Source of the DNA: Zestosphaera tikiterensis
GTDB taxonomy: Archaea; Thermoproteota; Thermoprotei_A; Sulfolobales; NBVN01
Direction: 5' to 3'
Length of the DNA stretch: 32,000 nucleotides
NCBI GenBank assembly: GCA_003056265.1
Contig: NBVN01000001.1
Location: forward strand, 1-32,000
Shown in pieces: positions 8,266 to 16,155 of the stretch. The translations under genes and the position numbers were made by a program. Within the stretch, counting starts at the first letter, position 1; each line of letters begins with the position of its first letter. The notes beneath the pieces are model-generated. The model saw nothing but the letters and a program-made list of their open reading frames with translations. It made no database searches and was not told the DNA's origin.

Positions 8266-8870
8266 AAAGCAAGCCTTAGGAGTGAGTCAACCCACCCATA
8301 ACTCCATGACCTAAGCTTAACTACATAGAACCTAACGAAGAAAAACGTAAGTGAGTAAGCGATTAAAACAACGCTTAACTTAAGGGATACGGCATACAGT
8401 GCTACATAGTATAAGCAAGTTAAAACAGCGCGTACGTCACCCCCCTCCACACCTTCTAAGAATGTAGCTTCTATATAAGGTGATAAAACAACCCAAGAAA
8501 TGTATGGAACGCCTAACACAACACCTACCAACCCGATAGACAGCAACGCCGTAGAATTCACTAACATAGCCTTATTTAAGATCCTAAAACCAGCTTTTGA
8601 AGTTAAAGTAAGTAGCGTAAGCAGAGTTAGTAACGCGATGAATAGGGATAAGGCGTTAGGGATCATAACCGTTAATCCAAAGTATATAGTGCTTGATAGA
8701 ATAATGACCCAAGTCTTATCCTCTGTTAAACTACCTTTTAAAAACGAGATAATGAGGGATAAGCCTGTTAAGGTTAAGTAAGTAAGCAGTGAAGTTATGG
8801 AGTCTTTTACTAACACGTAGTTAATGAGTGAAGCAATTAAGGCGATGTTGGCTTCGATAAGACGTATCAA
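8232..8870 (-). CDS. Polytopic integral membrane protein, operon member
   Basis: 212 aa, TTG start 7 nt after the MoxR stop. About 6 hydrophobic helices. No family recognised. Confidence 0.6.
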   Translation of the reverse strand: MIRLIEANIALIASLINYVLVKDSITSLLTYLTLTGLSLIISFLKGSLTEDKTWVIILSSTIYFGLTVMIPNALSLFIALLTLLTLLTLTSKAGFRILNKAMLVNSTALLSIGLVGVVLGVPYISWVVLSPYIEATFLEGVEGGDVRAVLTCLYYVALYAVSLKLSVVLIAYSLTFFFVRFYVVKLRSWSYGWVDSLLRLALWGAVSQWTPA

Positions 8871-8877
8871 AGTCGAT

Positions 8878-9831
8878 TCACTCCTTAGGAACGCTAACAG
8901 AATTTAAAACCTCGTTAACCACGTCTAAAGCGGTTTTACCTACGGCTTCAGGCCTAAGCATTATTCTATGAGGTAAGACATACTTACTTAAGAACTTAAC
9001 GTCGTCAGGTATTACGTAATCCCTCCCTTCAATTAACGCGTGGGCTTTAGATAGTCTGTAGAGATATATGGAGCCTCTATGGCTGGGTCCATATAAAACA
9101 TCCTTATGCTTTCTTAAACTTACGACGATCTCAGTTATGTAGTTTACGATGCGTTGATCTACGTAGATAAGCCCGCCTAGAGAGTCTTGAAGGCTTCTCA
9201 ACTCCTTCGGAGTTATTAAAGACTTCAGCCCTTCAACACTCGTTAAGTATAGCTCATCTGACCTACCCACTATCTCTAACTCCGAGTCTCTTCCAACATA
9301 TTCCGTAGGTACAACCACCCAAAAACGGTCTATTAAGCCAAGCACCACTTTAAACACACCTACTTCGATTTCTGGAGGGATTATAGTTGCGAATACGTGG
9401 AAGGGTCTCTCCACGTGGTATGTGTCGCCTTCAACGCTTACTTGATATTCAGCCATGGCTTGAAGTAGGGCTGATTGAGCCCGTGTAGGTATTCTGTTTA
9501 AGTCATCTACCTGAAGTATGTTTGTGAATATAGGGCCCTTCACGAACGTTTTAGATCCGTTGAGGGTATGTATGTAGAAACCGACGATGTCTGAAGGAAG
9601 TATGTCTGGATTTCCTTGAACCCTCCTATAATCTCCGCCTACAACTTTAGCTAACGCTTTACAAGTTAATGTTTTGCCAGCACCCGGCGGTCCTTCAATC
9701 AATACATGCCCGCCAGCAACTAAGGTGGCAAGCATTAACTTAATCTCCTCACGTTTGCCGACGACGAAGCTGGAGATTAAATCTATGGCTTCCTTAAGTA
9801 GTGTCGACCACTTACTGACCTCATCACTCAT
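8878..9831 (-). CDS. MoxR-family AAA+ ATPase
   Basis: 317 aa. Walker A HVLIEGPPGAGKT, Walker B-like ILQVDDLNR, then PTRAQSALLQAMAE (sensor/Arg-finger region). Size and layout are typical of the AAA_3/MoxR family. Confidence 0.92.
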   Translation of the reverse strand: MSDEVSKWSTLLKEAIDLISSFVVGKREEIKLMLATLVAGGHVLIEGPPGAGKTLTCKALAKVVGGDYRRVQGNPDILPSDIVGFYIHTLNGSKTFVKGPIFTNILQVDDLNRIPTRAQSALLQAMAEYQVSVEGDTYHVERPFHVFATIIPPEIEVGVFKVVLGLIDRFWVVVPTEYVGRDSELEIVGRSDELYLTSVEGLKSLITPKELRSLQDSLGGLIYVDQRIVNYITEIVVSLRKHKDVLYGPSHRGSIYLYRLSKAHALIEGRDYVIPDDVKFLSKYVLPHRIMLRPEAVGKTALDVVNEVLNSVSVPKE

Positions 9832-9926
9832 TTAAGACCCCGTCAACGCTTCTAATAATTTACTGTCCTTAACATATTTAAAGCAATGCTTAAATTAAGT
9901 AGTTTCAGTAAATCGTGGTTTGAGGG

Positions 9927-11507
9927 TTGAGGAGGGCTTTCGTAAATATAGCGGCTGTAGCTACCTTAGTAACGTCTTTAAGTGTTTTCTATAGGGCTTC
10001 AACACTTACTTATCTTGAGGTTCTTCAGTTAAGTAGTTACAGCTACTTAATGGTTTTAATACCTACGTCTGTTTACGTAGTTTTAAACCTTGTTAATGAG
10101 TACGGCACTTTAAAAGGTTTAGATGTTTTTAAGTTTGCGGTGATTACTGCTGTAGTCTGCTTATCTGCTTTACTATATGTTTTATCTAGGCATGTCTTAA
10201 ACTACGCACTGCAGTTGGAGTTGCTTTCGCTAGCGACTTTAACTGCTTCGGTTATTTCCGTTATGTATGGTGAGTTTAAAAACCCTGCCGTACCTTTAGC
10301 TGTGTGGTTACTTCTCATTTCTTTCATACCACTGCCTTATGAAGTTATGGAATCCTTAGCTTCTTCGCTAGCTAGCCTTACAGCCTCATTAACTGCTTTA
10401 ATCGTTGGGGGGAAGGCAGTAACTTCTGAAGGGTTTGTAGGGGTTGCGTTTGTAGACTTTCAAGGGGTTGAGAGGGTTTTTCAATTAACGCCTGAATATA
10501 GCGGGTTAACTACGTTTTTAACTATCTACTCTTTAACGCCGATAACTCTCTACCACCTACTTAAGGGGGTTTTAGCCTCAAGAGTTAAGAAAGTTAAAGC
10601 TTACGTAACGTCGATAGCTTTAGCTGCTGTTATAACTTTCTTAGGTAGTTTAGCTAAAGCTGTTTTAATCACATACTTAATTAAGGTTGGTAATTACCAA
10701 ACAGCTTCATCCATCTCCCAATTGATTCACCCGTTAACATACGTGGCTTTAGCTGCTATCACATCGCTTTACGTAGTTTTTAAACTTCCGAGGAAGGGCG
10801 GTGGAGACCGTGGGGTTAATGGGTTATCGTTAAGCCTTGAAGACTTAAGTAAGGTGGGGTCTCTAGCCTTCGTAACTCTACTTTTCTTTGGTTTAACCGG
10901 TTTTTTAGGTGTTGCCGTAGGGCAGGCGGCAACCTACTCAGTAAGTGTTACGGAGTTGTTTAGCGGTTCAGCAGCGTTTAACGCCTCACTTAAGGGTTTA
11001 GCTGTGGATACTATGCCTAAACCGTTCGTTGGGTTTGCTTTAAACGCTTTAACAACATACGAAGTTGAGGTTGTGGAGGGTGGTTATAGGGCTTTAGGGT
11101 ATGTGGAGGTTGCTGAAGCTCCAAGCAGGTTTCATGAATGGAGAGCTTCCCTAACTACTCAAGGGTGTAGGGTGTTAAAGCAGTGGGTTGAGGTTGGTGA
11201 AGTAGTTAAAAATTACGCGTTAATCGTTGGAAACGCCGGTGAGTACCTCCTCGCCTACAGCGTATATACGTACGTATCTAAAGCGGGGAACGCATACGTT
11301 AGGATTTCACTCGTTACTGAAGTTTTAGGGGATGAATACGTTGATAAAGTGTCTTGGTTAAGTAGCGTGTTAAGCAACGTAAACCTTAAAACACATCAAC
11401 TTAAGGATGTTGAGTACGTAGTTCAGGCTTTAAACGTAAGCGTGGCCGTAGCTTTAATAGCTTCGGTTTCTGGGGTTGTCTTTAAGGTTTTAAGGGCGAG
11501 GGGTTAA
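9927..11507 (+). CDS. Polytopic membrane protein with a C-terminal extracytoplasmic domain; possible exosortase/archaeosortase-like fold (low-confidence family call)
   Basis: 526 aa, TTG start. About 8 TM helices in the first ~300 aa, a ~190-aa soluble domain, and a final TM helix (VAVALIASVSGVVF). The motif order xYSGLTTF ... SLAKAV ... IHPLTY parallels the CSG / R / H motif order of exosortases (from memory). Confidence 0.7.
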   Translation: MRRAFVNIAAVATLVTSLSVFYRASTLTYLEVLQLSSYSYLMVLIPTSVYVVLNLVNEYGTLKGLDVFKFAVITAVVCLSALLYVLSRHVLNYALQLELLSLATLTASVISVMYGEFKNPAVPLAVWLLLISFIPLPYEVMESLASSLASLTASLTALIVGGKAVTSEGFVGVAFVDFQGVERVFQLTPEYSGLTTFLTIYSLTPITLYHLLKGVLASRVKKVKAYVTSIALAAVITFLGSLAKAVLITYLIKVGNYQTASSISQLIHPLTYVALAAITSLYVVFKLPRKGGGDRGVNGLSLSLEDLSKVGSLAFVTLLFFGLTGFLGVAVGQAATYSVSVTELFSGSAAFNASLKGLAVDTMPKPFVGFALNALTTYEVEVVEGGYRALGYVEVAEAPSRFHEWRASLTTQGCRVLKQWVEVGEVVKNYALIVGNAGEYLLAYSVYTYVSKAGNAYVRISLVTEVLGDEYVDKVSWLSSVLSNVNLKTHQLKDVEYVVQALNVSVAVALIASVSGVVFKVLRARG

Positions 11508-11527
11508 GCTGTTTAAGTTTAATATCT

Positions 11528-11567
11528 GGGGGTGTTAGTAAATAGTAGGGGGTGTTAGTACGTACTT
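11528..11567 (+). repeat. Tandem 20-nt duplication (GGGGGTGTTAGTA core repeated at 11528-11540 and 11548-11560)
   Basis: Direct reading: gggggtgttagtaaatagta / gggggtgttagtacgtactt. The 13-nt core is identical in both copies. It lies immediately upstream of, and overlaps, the expected 5' end of the Arch_ATPase gene. Confidence 0.7.
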
Positions 11568-11661
11568 CAGACCCGGCGTTAAAGAGTCTAGGGATGAGTT
11601 CTTTAACTTTGAAGCCGAACTCGAAACTTTCTTAAGGGAGTTAAGGAGCTCCGATACTAGG

Positions 11662-12648
11662 ATGATCGTCGTAAAAGGTTTGAGGAGAACCGGTAAGTCT
11701 TCCTTGCTGAGGGTCGGTCTCTCCGAGTGTGGGTTCCCATATCTTTTAATTGATTCGAGAGCTTTAGGTTCTTTCAGTCCGGACCGTGCCTACGATTTGA
11801 TGGCTTCATCCCTTTCCAAGCTTGTTGAGAGGCATAGGTCTTTACTGGAGTTTTTAAGGAAGGTTAGGGAGGTCTACATCTCCGGAGGGGTTGCTGCCGT
11901 GAGTGTGGGGTTCTTGAGTAGGGAGAGGCGAGCCTTAGTTGAAGTTTTGGAGAGGTTAAATGAGTGGGGTGAGTCGCGAGGTAGTTTCGTTGTTTTAGCT
12001 TTAGATGAAGCTCAGGAGTTTAGGTTCTACCCTAGATTCACGTCTATACTAGCTTACGTATACGACCACCTACGTTGGGTTAAGGTGGTGATGGCGGGTT
12101 CTGAAGTGGGGGTGCTGGATAAGTTTTTAGGGAGGGAAGAGCCTAAAGCCCCTCTATACGGCCGTCCATACGTGGAGATAGAGATGAGGAGGTTAAGCAG
12201 GGAGAAGGCTTTAGAATTTCTTAAGCTAGGTTTTGAAGAAGCTGGTGTGAAGCCTGAAAACGTTGAGGAAGCCGTTAACGTGTTCGACGGGGTTATAGGG
12301 TGGCTTACCAGCTACGGATATTACGCGTTGAGAGTAGGTCATAAAGAAGCTTTAAAGAGGGTTCTCGACGAAGCCGTGAGCTTAGTGAAGGATGAGGTAG
12401 AATCCTTCCTAGCTTTAAGGAAGCAAGCAAGAGATAGGTACTTAACAATACTTCAACTTATATCCACACCTATGAGGTGGTCGGACGTTAAGAGAGGGGT
12501 TACCGCTAAGTTAGGCGTTAAAGTAAGTGATAAGCAGTTAAGTAACTACCTAGCAGAACTCGTGAACTACGGGCTCGCAGTAAATCAAGGTGGGAAGTAC
12601 GTGATAGCTGATCCAATAATAGCTGAGGCAGTGTCTAGAATGCGTTGA
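11662..12648 (+). CDS. Archaeal AAA+ ATPase (Arch_ATPase, PF01637-like) with a C-terminal DUF234-like winged helix; the 5' end is probably upstream
   Basis: Walker A GLRRTGKSSLL sits right at the annotated N-terminus; Walker B is VVLALDEAQEF. The frame is open upstream to 11542 and encodes YFRPGVKESRDEFFNFEAELETFLRELRSSDTR. This matches the usual N-terminal region of the family but has no ATG/GTG/TTG. Confidence 0.85.
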   Translation: MIVVKGLRRTGKSSLLRVGLSECGFPYLLIDSRALGSFSPDRAYDLMASSLSKLVERHRSLLEFLRKVREVYISGGVAAVSVGFLSRERRALVEVLERLNEWGESRGSFVVLALDEAQEFRFYPRFTSILAYVYDHLRWVKVVMAGSEVGVLDKFLGREEPKAPLYGRPYVEIEMRRLSREKALEFLKLGFEEAGVKPENVEEAVNVFDGVIGWLTSYGYYALRVGHKEALKRVLDEAVSLVKDEVESFLALRKQARDRYLTILQLISTPMRWSDVKRGVTAKLGVKVSDKQLSNYLAELVNYGLAVNQGGKYVIADPIIAEAVSRMR

Positions 12649-12986
12649 TGAAAACGCACTTACCCTTAAGCTTCAAACATATTCAAGAGTTGAGATTCGC
12701 TGTAGACCAGCAATCCATACTTTAATCATTATCCTAACGCGTTAAAGTTACTGAGTTAGTCAAACCTCATTAACAACTCGTTGAATTTCCTATAATGTTT
12801 TATAGCGTTTCCCAACCACGATACCCCTAAGATAACCTACGACAACATATCTAAACCTGACATCTTTAATCAAGCAGGCCTAGAAATGCTTATGGAGTGT
12901 TAACTTCAGTTCCTCCCTTATAACGTTGACGACTTAAGAAGATAATACTTATTTTGAGTTAAGCAATAGTTTTGTTTGGTGATTAC

Positions 12987-13355
12987 ATGCGTGTAGGGAT
13001 TCCATGCGTTAAATCTGGTGAGAGGTTCTATATCTCACCACACTTCGGTCGAGCACCGTATTTCGCATTATATGAGGTTTCTGAAGAAGGTGTTAAGTTG
13101 GTGAAGATTGAGGAGAACCCTCACGGCACTAAAGAACATAGAGGTGGGGAAGGTCGTTTAATCATAGACCTGCTCCTGAAAAACGGTGTTGAAGGGGTTG
13201 TGGTTTACGGGATAGGATCTGGAGCTTTCTATAGGTTACGTGAAAATGGAGTGAAGATATTCGCAGTTGATAAGTTCATGCCTGTTGAGGAGGCTTTAGA
13301 ACTCCTTAGGGCAGGTAAGTTAAAGGAGGCTGAAAAACCTCTAGAGCATGACTGA
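12987..13355 (+). CDS. NifX/NifB-C-terminal-like protein (dinitrogenase FeMo-cofactor-binding domain family, PF02579-like)
   Basis: MRVGIPCVKSGERFYISPHFGRAPYFALYEV is typical of the small archaeal members. I prefer ATG 12987 over the TTG at 12972 in the ORF track. Confidence 0.8.
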   Translation: MRVGIPCVKSGERFYISPHFGRAPYFALYEVSEEGVKLVKIEENPHGTKEHRGGEGRLIIDLLLKNGVEGVVVYGIGSGAFYRLRENGVKIFAVDKFMPVEEALELLRAGKLKEAEKPLEHD

Positions 13356-13467
13356 TCTCTCCTCAGGTCTGTGGCTTAAGGTGGGGGATGCTACCTTTTA
13401 AAAACGTAACAAAACATAACGCTAGTTTATTTCGATAGACCTAACTTTTAGTAAGTAAGCCCATTAC

Positions 13468-13646
13468 TATCGGGGGAGGTAGTTGCTCTTCGATCCAGCT
13501 AAACAGCAACGAGAGAGTAATATTGACAAGAAATAGCGACTTCGAGGATGTCAGACCTTGAAAAGTATACCTCCGGTTTATCTCTTCATAACTTACGTTA
13601 AGCGGTACAGCATTACCGTACATGAAGTTCTTAACATCGGGGGAGG
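13468..13646. repeat. Perfect 11-nt direct repeat pair ATCGGGGGAGG (13468-13478 and 13636-13646)
   Basis: Read directly. The copies are 168 nt apart, inside a ~390-nt region with no convincing gene. Confidence 0.5.
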
Positions 13647-13762
13647 GAGTTTACCAAGCGTTAGTTAATTTTAACGTGTTGAAAACAGGTTGAGACTACT
13701 GAATTGATATTGCCGGAGATGGGTAGATGATGAGTATTTTAAGAATGTTTGTTGAGGATTCG

Positions 13763-13776
13763 TTTAATATATAAAC
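13763..13776 (+). promoter_or_regulatory. TATA-like box upstream of the M20 peptidase gene
   Basis: TTTAATATATAAAC lies about 50 nt upstream of GTG 13821, and GGTGGTGGAG lies immediately before that GTG. This places the TTG 13749 start of the ORF track upstream of the likely promoter. Confidence 0.35.
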
Positions 13777-13820
13777 GGAAACTACGGAAGATATGTAAAG
13801 AGACTTTATGGGGTGGTGGA

Positions 13821-15212
13821 GTGGTTTTAAATCGTGAGGTTCTTAAGAGTAAGGTTTCCTCAAGTGTTGAGTCTGTTTATCGTGAGTATGTGAAGGTTTT
13901 AGCCGAGTTAGTTAGGATTCCTACCGTATCTGCTTGGGGCGGTGATGGAATTAAAGAAGGTTGTGAAGTTGTTAACTCCTTACTGAAGGAAAGGGGTTGG
14001 GCGACAACGACTGTAAGTGGTGGGGGCTTCCCTGTAGTGATTGCTGAATTGGGCTCAGGCTCTAAGACCGTTATGTTTTACAACCATTATGACGTACAGC
14101 CTCCAGACCCTTTAGATGAGTGGGTTTCAAACCCCTTCAGCCTTGCTGAGAAGGAGGGTTTGCTTTTTGGGAGGGGTGTTGCGGACAATAAAGGGAATAT
14201 CGCGGCTAGGATGGCGGCCGCCGAAGTCATTCAGCCATATCTTGACGACCTAGACTTAAAGCTTAAGTTCGTTATAGAGGGTGAGGAGGAGGTAGGTTCT
14301 CCAACACTTTCTAATGTGGTTGATGGGTATAGGGATTTACTACGTGCTGAAGCTGGTTTCTGGGAGACTGGATACGTCGGTAGGGATGACGTGCTGTCCA
14401 TAAGCTTAGGATTTAAGGGGATGCTCTACGTTGAGGTAGTGATTAAAGGACCTAATAGAGATGTTCACAGCGGTAACGCACCTTTAATACCTAATCCCGC
14501 TTGGAGGATTGCTAAGTTATTAACCACGCTTAAGGACGAGGTAGGTAACGTTAAGGTGCCGGGCTTTTACGATGACGTAGATGGGGAGTTCTTGAAAAAC
14601 GCTGAGGAGCTTTTGAAAGGGCTTGACCCTGAAGAACTTAACGCACTTAAGGAAGAGTTAGGGATTAAAGAATTTGTAGGTGGTGTTGAAGGGCTTGAAG
14701 CTTATAGGAAGCTCCTTCTGACGCCGTCGCTTAACGTTTCAGGGCTTTACGCAGGGTATACGGGCAAGGGATCTAAAACTATAGTGCCTTCTAAAGCAGG
14801 TGTTAAAATCGACATACGCCCTATACCCGGTCAAGACCCGCAGAAGATCTTAAACGTGTTTAAAGAGTACCTAAAAAGTCAAGGCTTTGCGGATGCTGAA
14901 GTCTTTGTGGAGAGTATGTATAGGTCAGGATATACCAACCCGAAGGAGGTGATAGTTAAGGCCTCCGTAAAAGCTGCTGAGGAAGCGTATGGAAAACCAC
15001 CTAAGGTAATGCCTATCTCAGCTGGTTCAGGGCCTATGTACCTCTTCACACATGTGTTGAAGATACCTATGACCGGTGCTGGCGTTGGTTACTACGGCTC
15101 AAGAGTTCACGCACCCAACGAAAACATCAGAGTTAAAGATTTCATCAGAGGCGTTAAGCACGTAGCTCTAACCTTAATAGAGTATTCATCGATGCGTGAG
15201 TCGAGCGTATGA
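13821..15212 (+). CDS. M20-family metallopeptidase (ArgE/DapE/carboxypeptidase-type)
   Basis: Motifs LVRIPTVSA, FYNHYDVQP, GRGVADNKG and EGEEEVGS are typical M20 metal-ligand contexts. I prefer GTG 13821 over TTG 13749, giving about 35 aa before the LVRIPTVS motif, as is usual for the family. Confidence 0.85.
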   Translation: MVLNREVLKSKVSSSVESVYREYVKVLAELVRIPTVSAWGGDGIKEGCEVVNSLLKERGWATTTVSGGGFPVVIAELGSGSKTVMFYNHYDVQPPDPLDEWVSNPFSLAEKEGLLFGRGVADNKGNIAARMAAAEVIQPYLDDLDLKLKFVIEGEEEVGSPTLSNVVDGYRDLLRAEAGFWETGYVGRDDVLSISLGFKGMLYVEVVIKGPNRDVHSGNAPLIPNPAWRIAKLLTTLKDEVGNVKVPGFYDDVDGEFLKNAEELLKGLDPEELNALKEELGIKEFVGGVEGLEAYRKLLLTPSLNVSGLYAGYTGKGSKTIVPSKAGVKIDIRPIPGQDPQKILNVFKEYLKSQGFADAEVFVESMYRSGYTNPKEVIVKASVKAAEEAYGKPPKVMPISAGSGPMYLFTHVLKIPMTGAGVGYYGSRVHAPNENIRVKDFIRGVKHVALTLIEYSSMRESSV

Positions 15213-15334
15213 AGTTAAAAACGCTTAACATTTAAGTTTTAAGCAACGTTAAAGCTTTAAACTTTCCTTCACTATCGCTTAAACGACGTATTAAGCTTAT
15301 TATTCTTAACGCGTTCTGTATTTGGTTGACGTAT

Positions 15335-16129
15335 ATGGCTAGAGAATTTACCGTTGGTTTACTTCAATTCGGTTCAACACTTGACAAAAGTAAGAACTTA
15401 GAGAAGATCTCTTCAATGCTTAAGAGAGTTAACGCCGACGTAATCGTTATCCCGGAGTATTCGATGTTCCCGATAAGCACGTTAACCCCTGAAGAGGTGT
15501 TTAACCTAGCTGAGTATGTAGACGGTCCGTACGTTACTGGGTTAGCGAAACTCGCTAGGGAGCATTCCACCTACTTCTTAGCCACGTATTTTGAAAGGGC
15601 TCAAAGACCTAAGGTGTTTAACTCCGCGTCGTTGATCTCGCCTTCGGGAGATGTATTAACGACTTACAGGAAGGTGCATCTCTTCGACGCCTACGGGTAT
15701 AGGGAATCAGATTACATGATGCCTGGAAGCAAGCCTTCAGACGTTATTCAAGTTAAGAACGTTAACGTAGCTGTAGCTATATGCTTCGATATTAGGTTTC
15801 CAGAGCTCTTCAGGACGTATGCTTTAAGAGGTGCTGAGTTGGTGTTGATTCCGTCGGCATGGTATAGAGGGCCTTTAAAAGAGGAGACTTTAGCGTTTCT
15901 AGCTAGAGCTAGAGCTCATGAAAACACCGTCTATATAGCTTTAGCAGTTCAGTATAGCCCTGAATTCACTGGAAGGAGTATGGTTGTAGACCCTCTGGGT
16001 ACTGTATTGCTTGATTTAGGGATTGGCGAGAAATACGTTGAGTTTAAGATCGACGTAGACTACATTCACGAAGTAAGGAAGGCGTTACCAGTTCTAAACC
16101 TTAGGAGACCGGAACTATATCAGGTTTAA
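15335..16129 (+). CDS. Carbon-nitrogen hydrolase (nitrilase superfamily)
   Basis: Glu-Lys-Cys triad contexts: VIPEY, YRKVHLF, VAICFDIRFPELFR. I prefer ATG 15335 over TTG 15326. Confidence 0.88.
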   Translation: MAREFTVGLLQFGSTLDKSKNLEKISSMLKRVNADVIVIPEYSMFPISTLTPEEVFNLAEYVDGPYVTGLAKLAREHSTYFLATYFERAQRPKVFNSASLISPSGDVLTTYRKVHLFDAYGYRESDYMMPGSKPSDVIQVKNVNVAVAICFDIRFPELFRTYALRGAELVLIPSAWYRGPLKEETLAFLARARAHENTVYIALAVQYSPEFTGRSMVVDPLGTVLLDLGIGEKYVEFKIDVDYIHEVRKALPVLNLRRPELYQV

Positions 16130-16138
16130 GGGCAGGTG

Positions 16139-16155
16139 TTTTTAAAGAGGAAAAA
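16139..16155. terminator. Bidirectional oligo-T terminator region between convergent genes
   Basis: T5 on the plus strand (16139-16143) follows the CN-hydrolase stop. A5 on the plus strand (16151-16155), which is T5 on the minus strand, follows the beta-propeller gene stop. Archaeal termination typically occurs at oligo-T. Confidence 0.35.

Noticed and set aside
12790-12870. 27-codon minus-strand ORF (LIKDVRFRYVVVGYLRGIVVGKRYKTL) as a gene remnant or small protein
   Set aside because: Too short, with no SD or TATA support and no recognisable family. It cannot be distinguished from chance.
13441-13623. 60-aa minus-strand ORF in the NifX-like / M20 intergenic region
   Set aside because: No recognisable motif, no TATA-like box at the right distance, and odd composition. 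Kept only as context for the direct-repeat observation.
13720-13740. ATGATGA (C-box-like) at about 13727, and other TGATGA-like strings (18524-18533; minus strand of 22855-22870), as C/D-box sRNAs
   Set aside because: No CUGA D box at the expected 50-70 nt distance, and no terminal complementary stem in any case.
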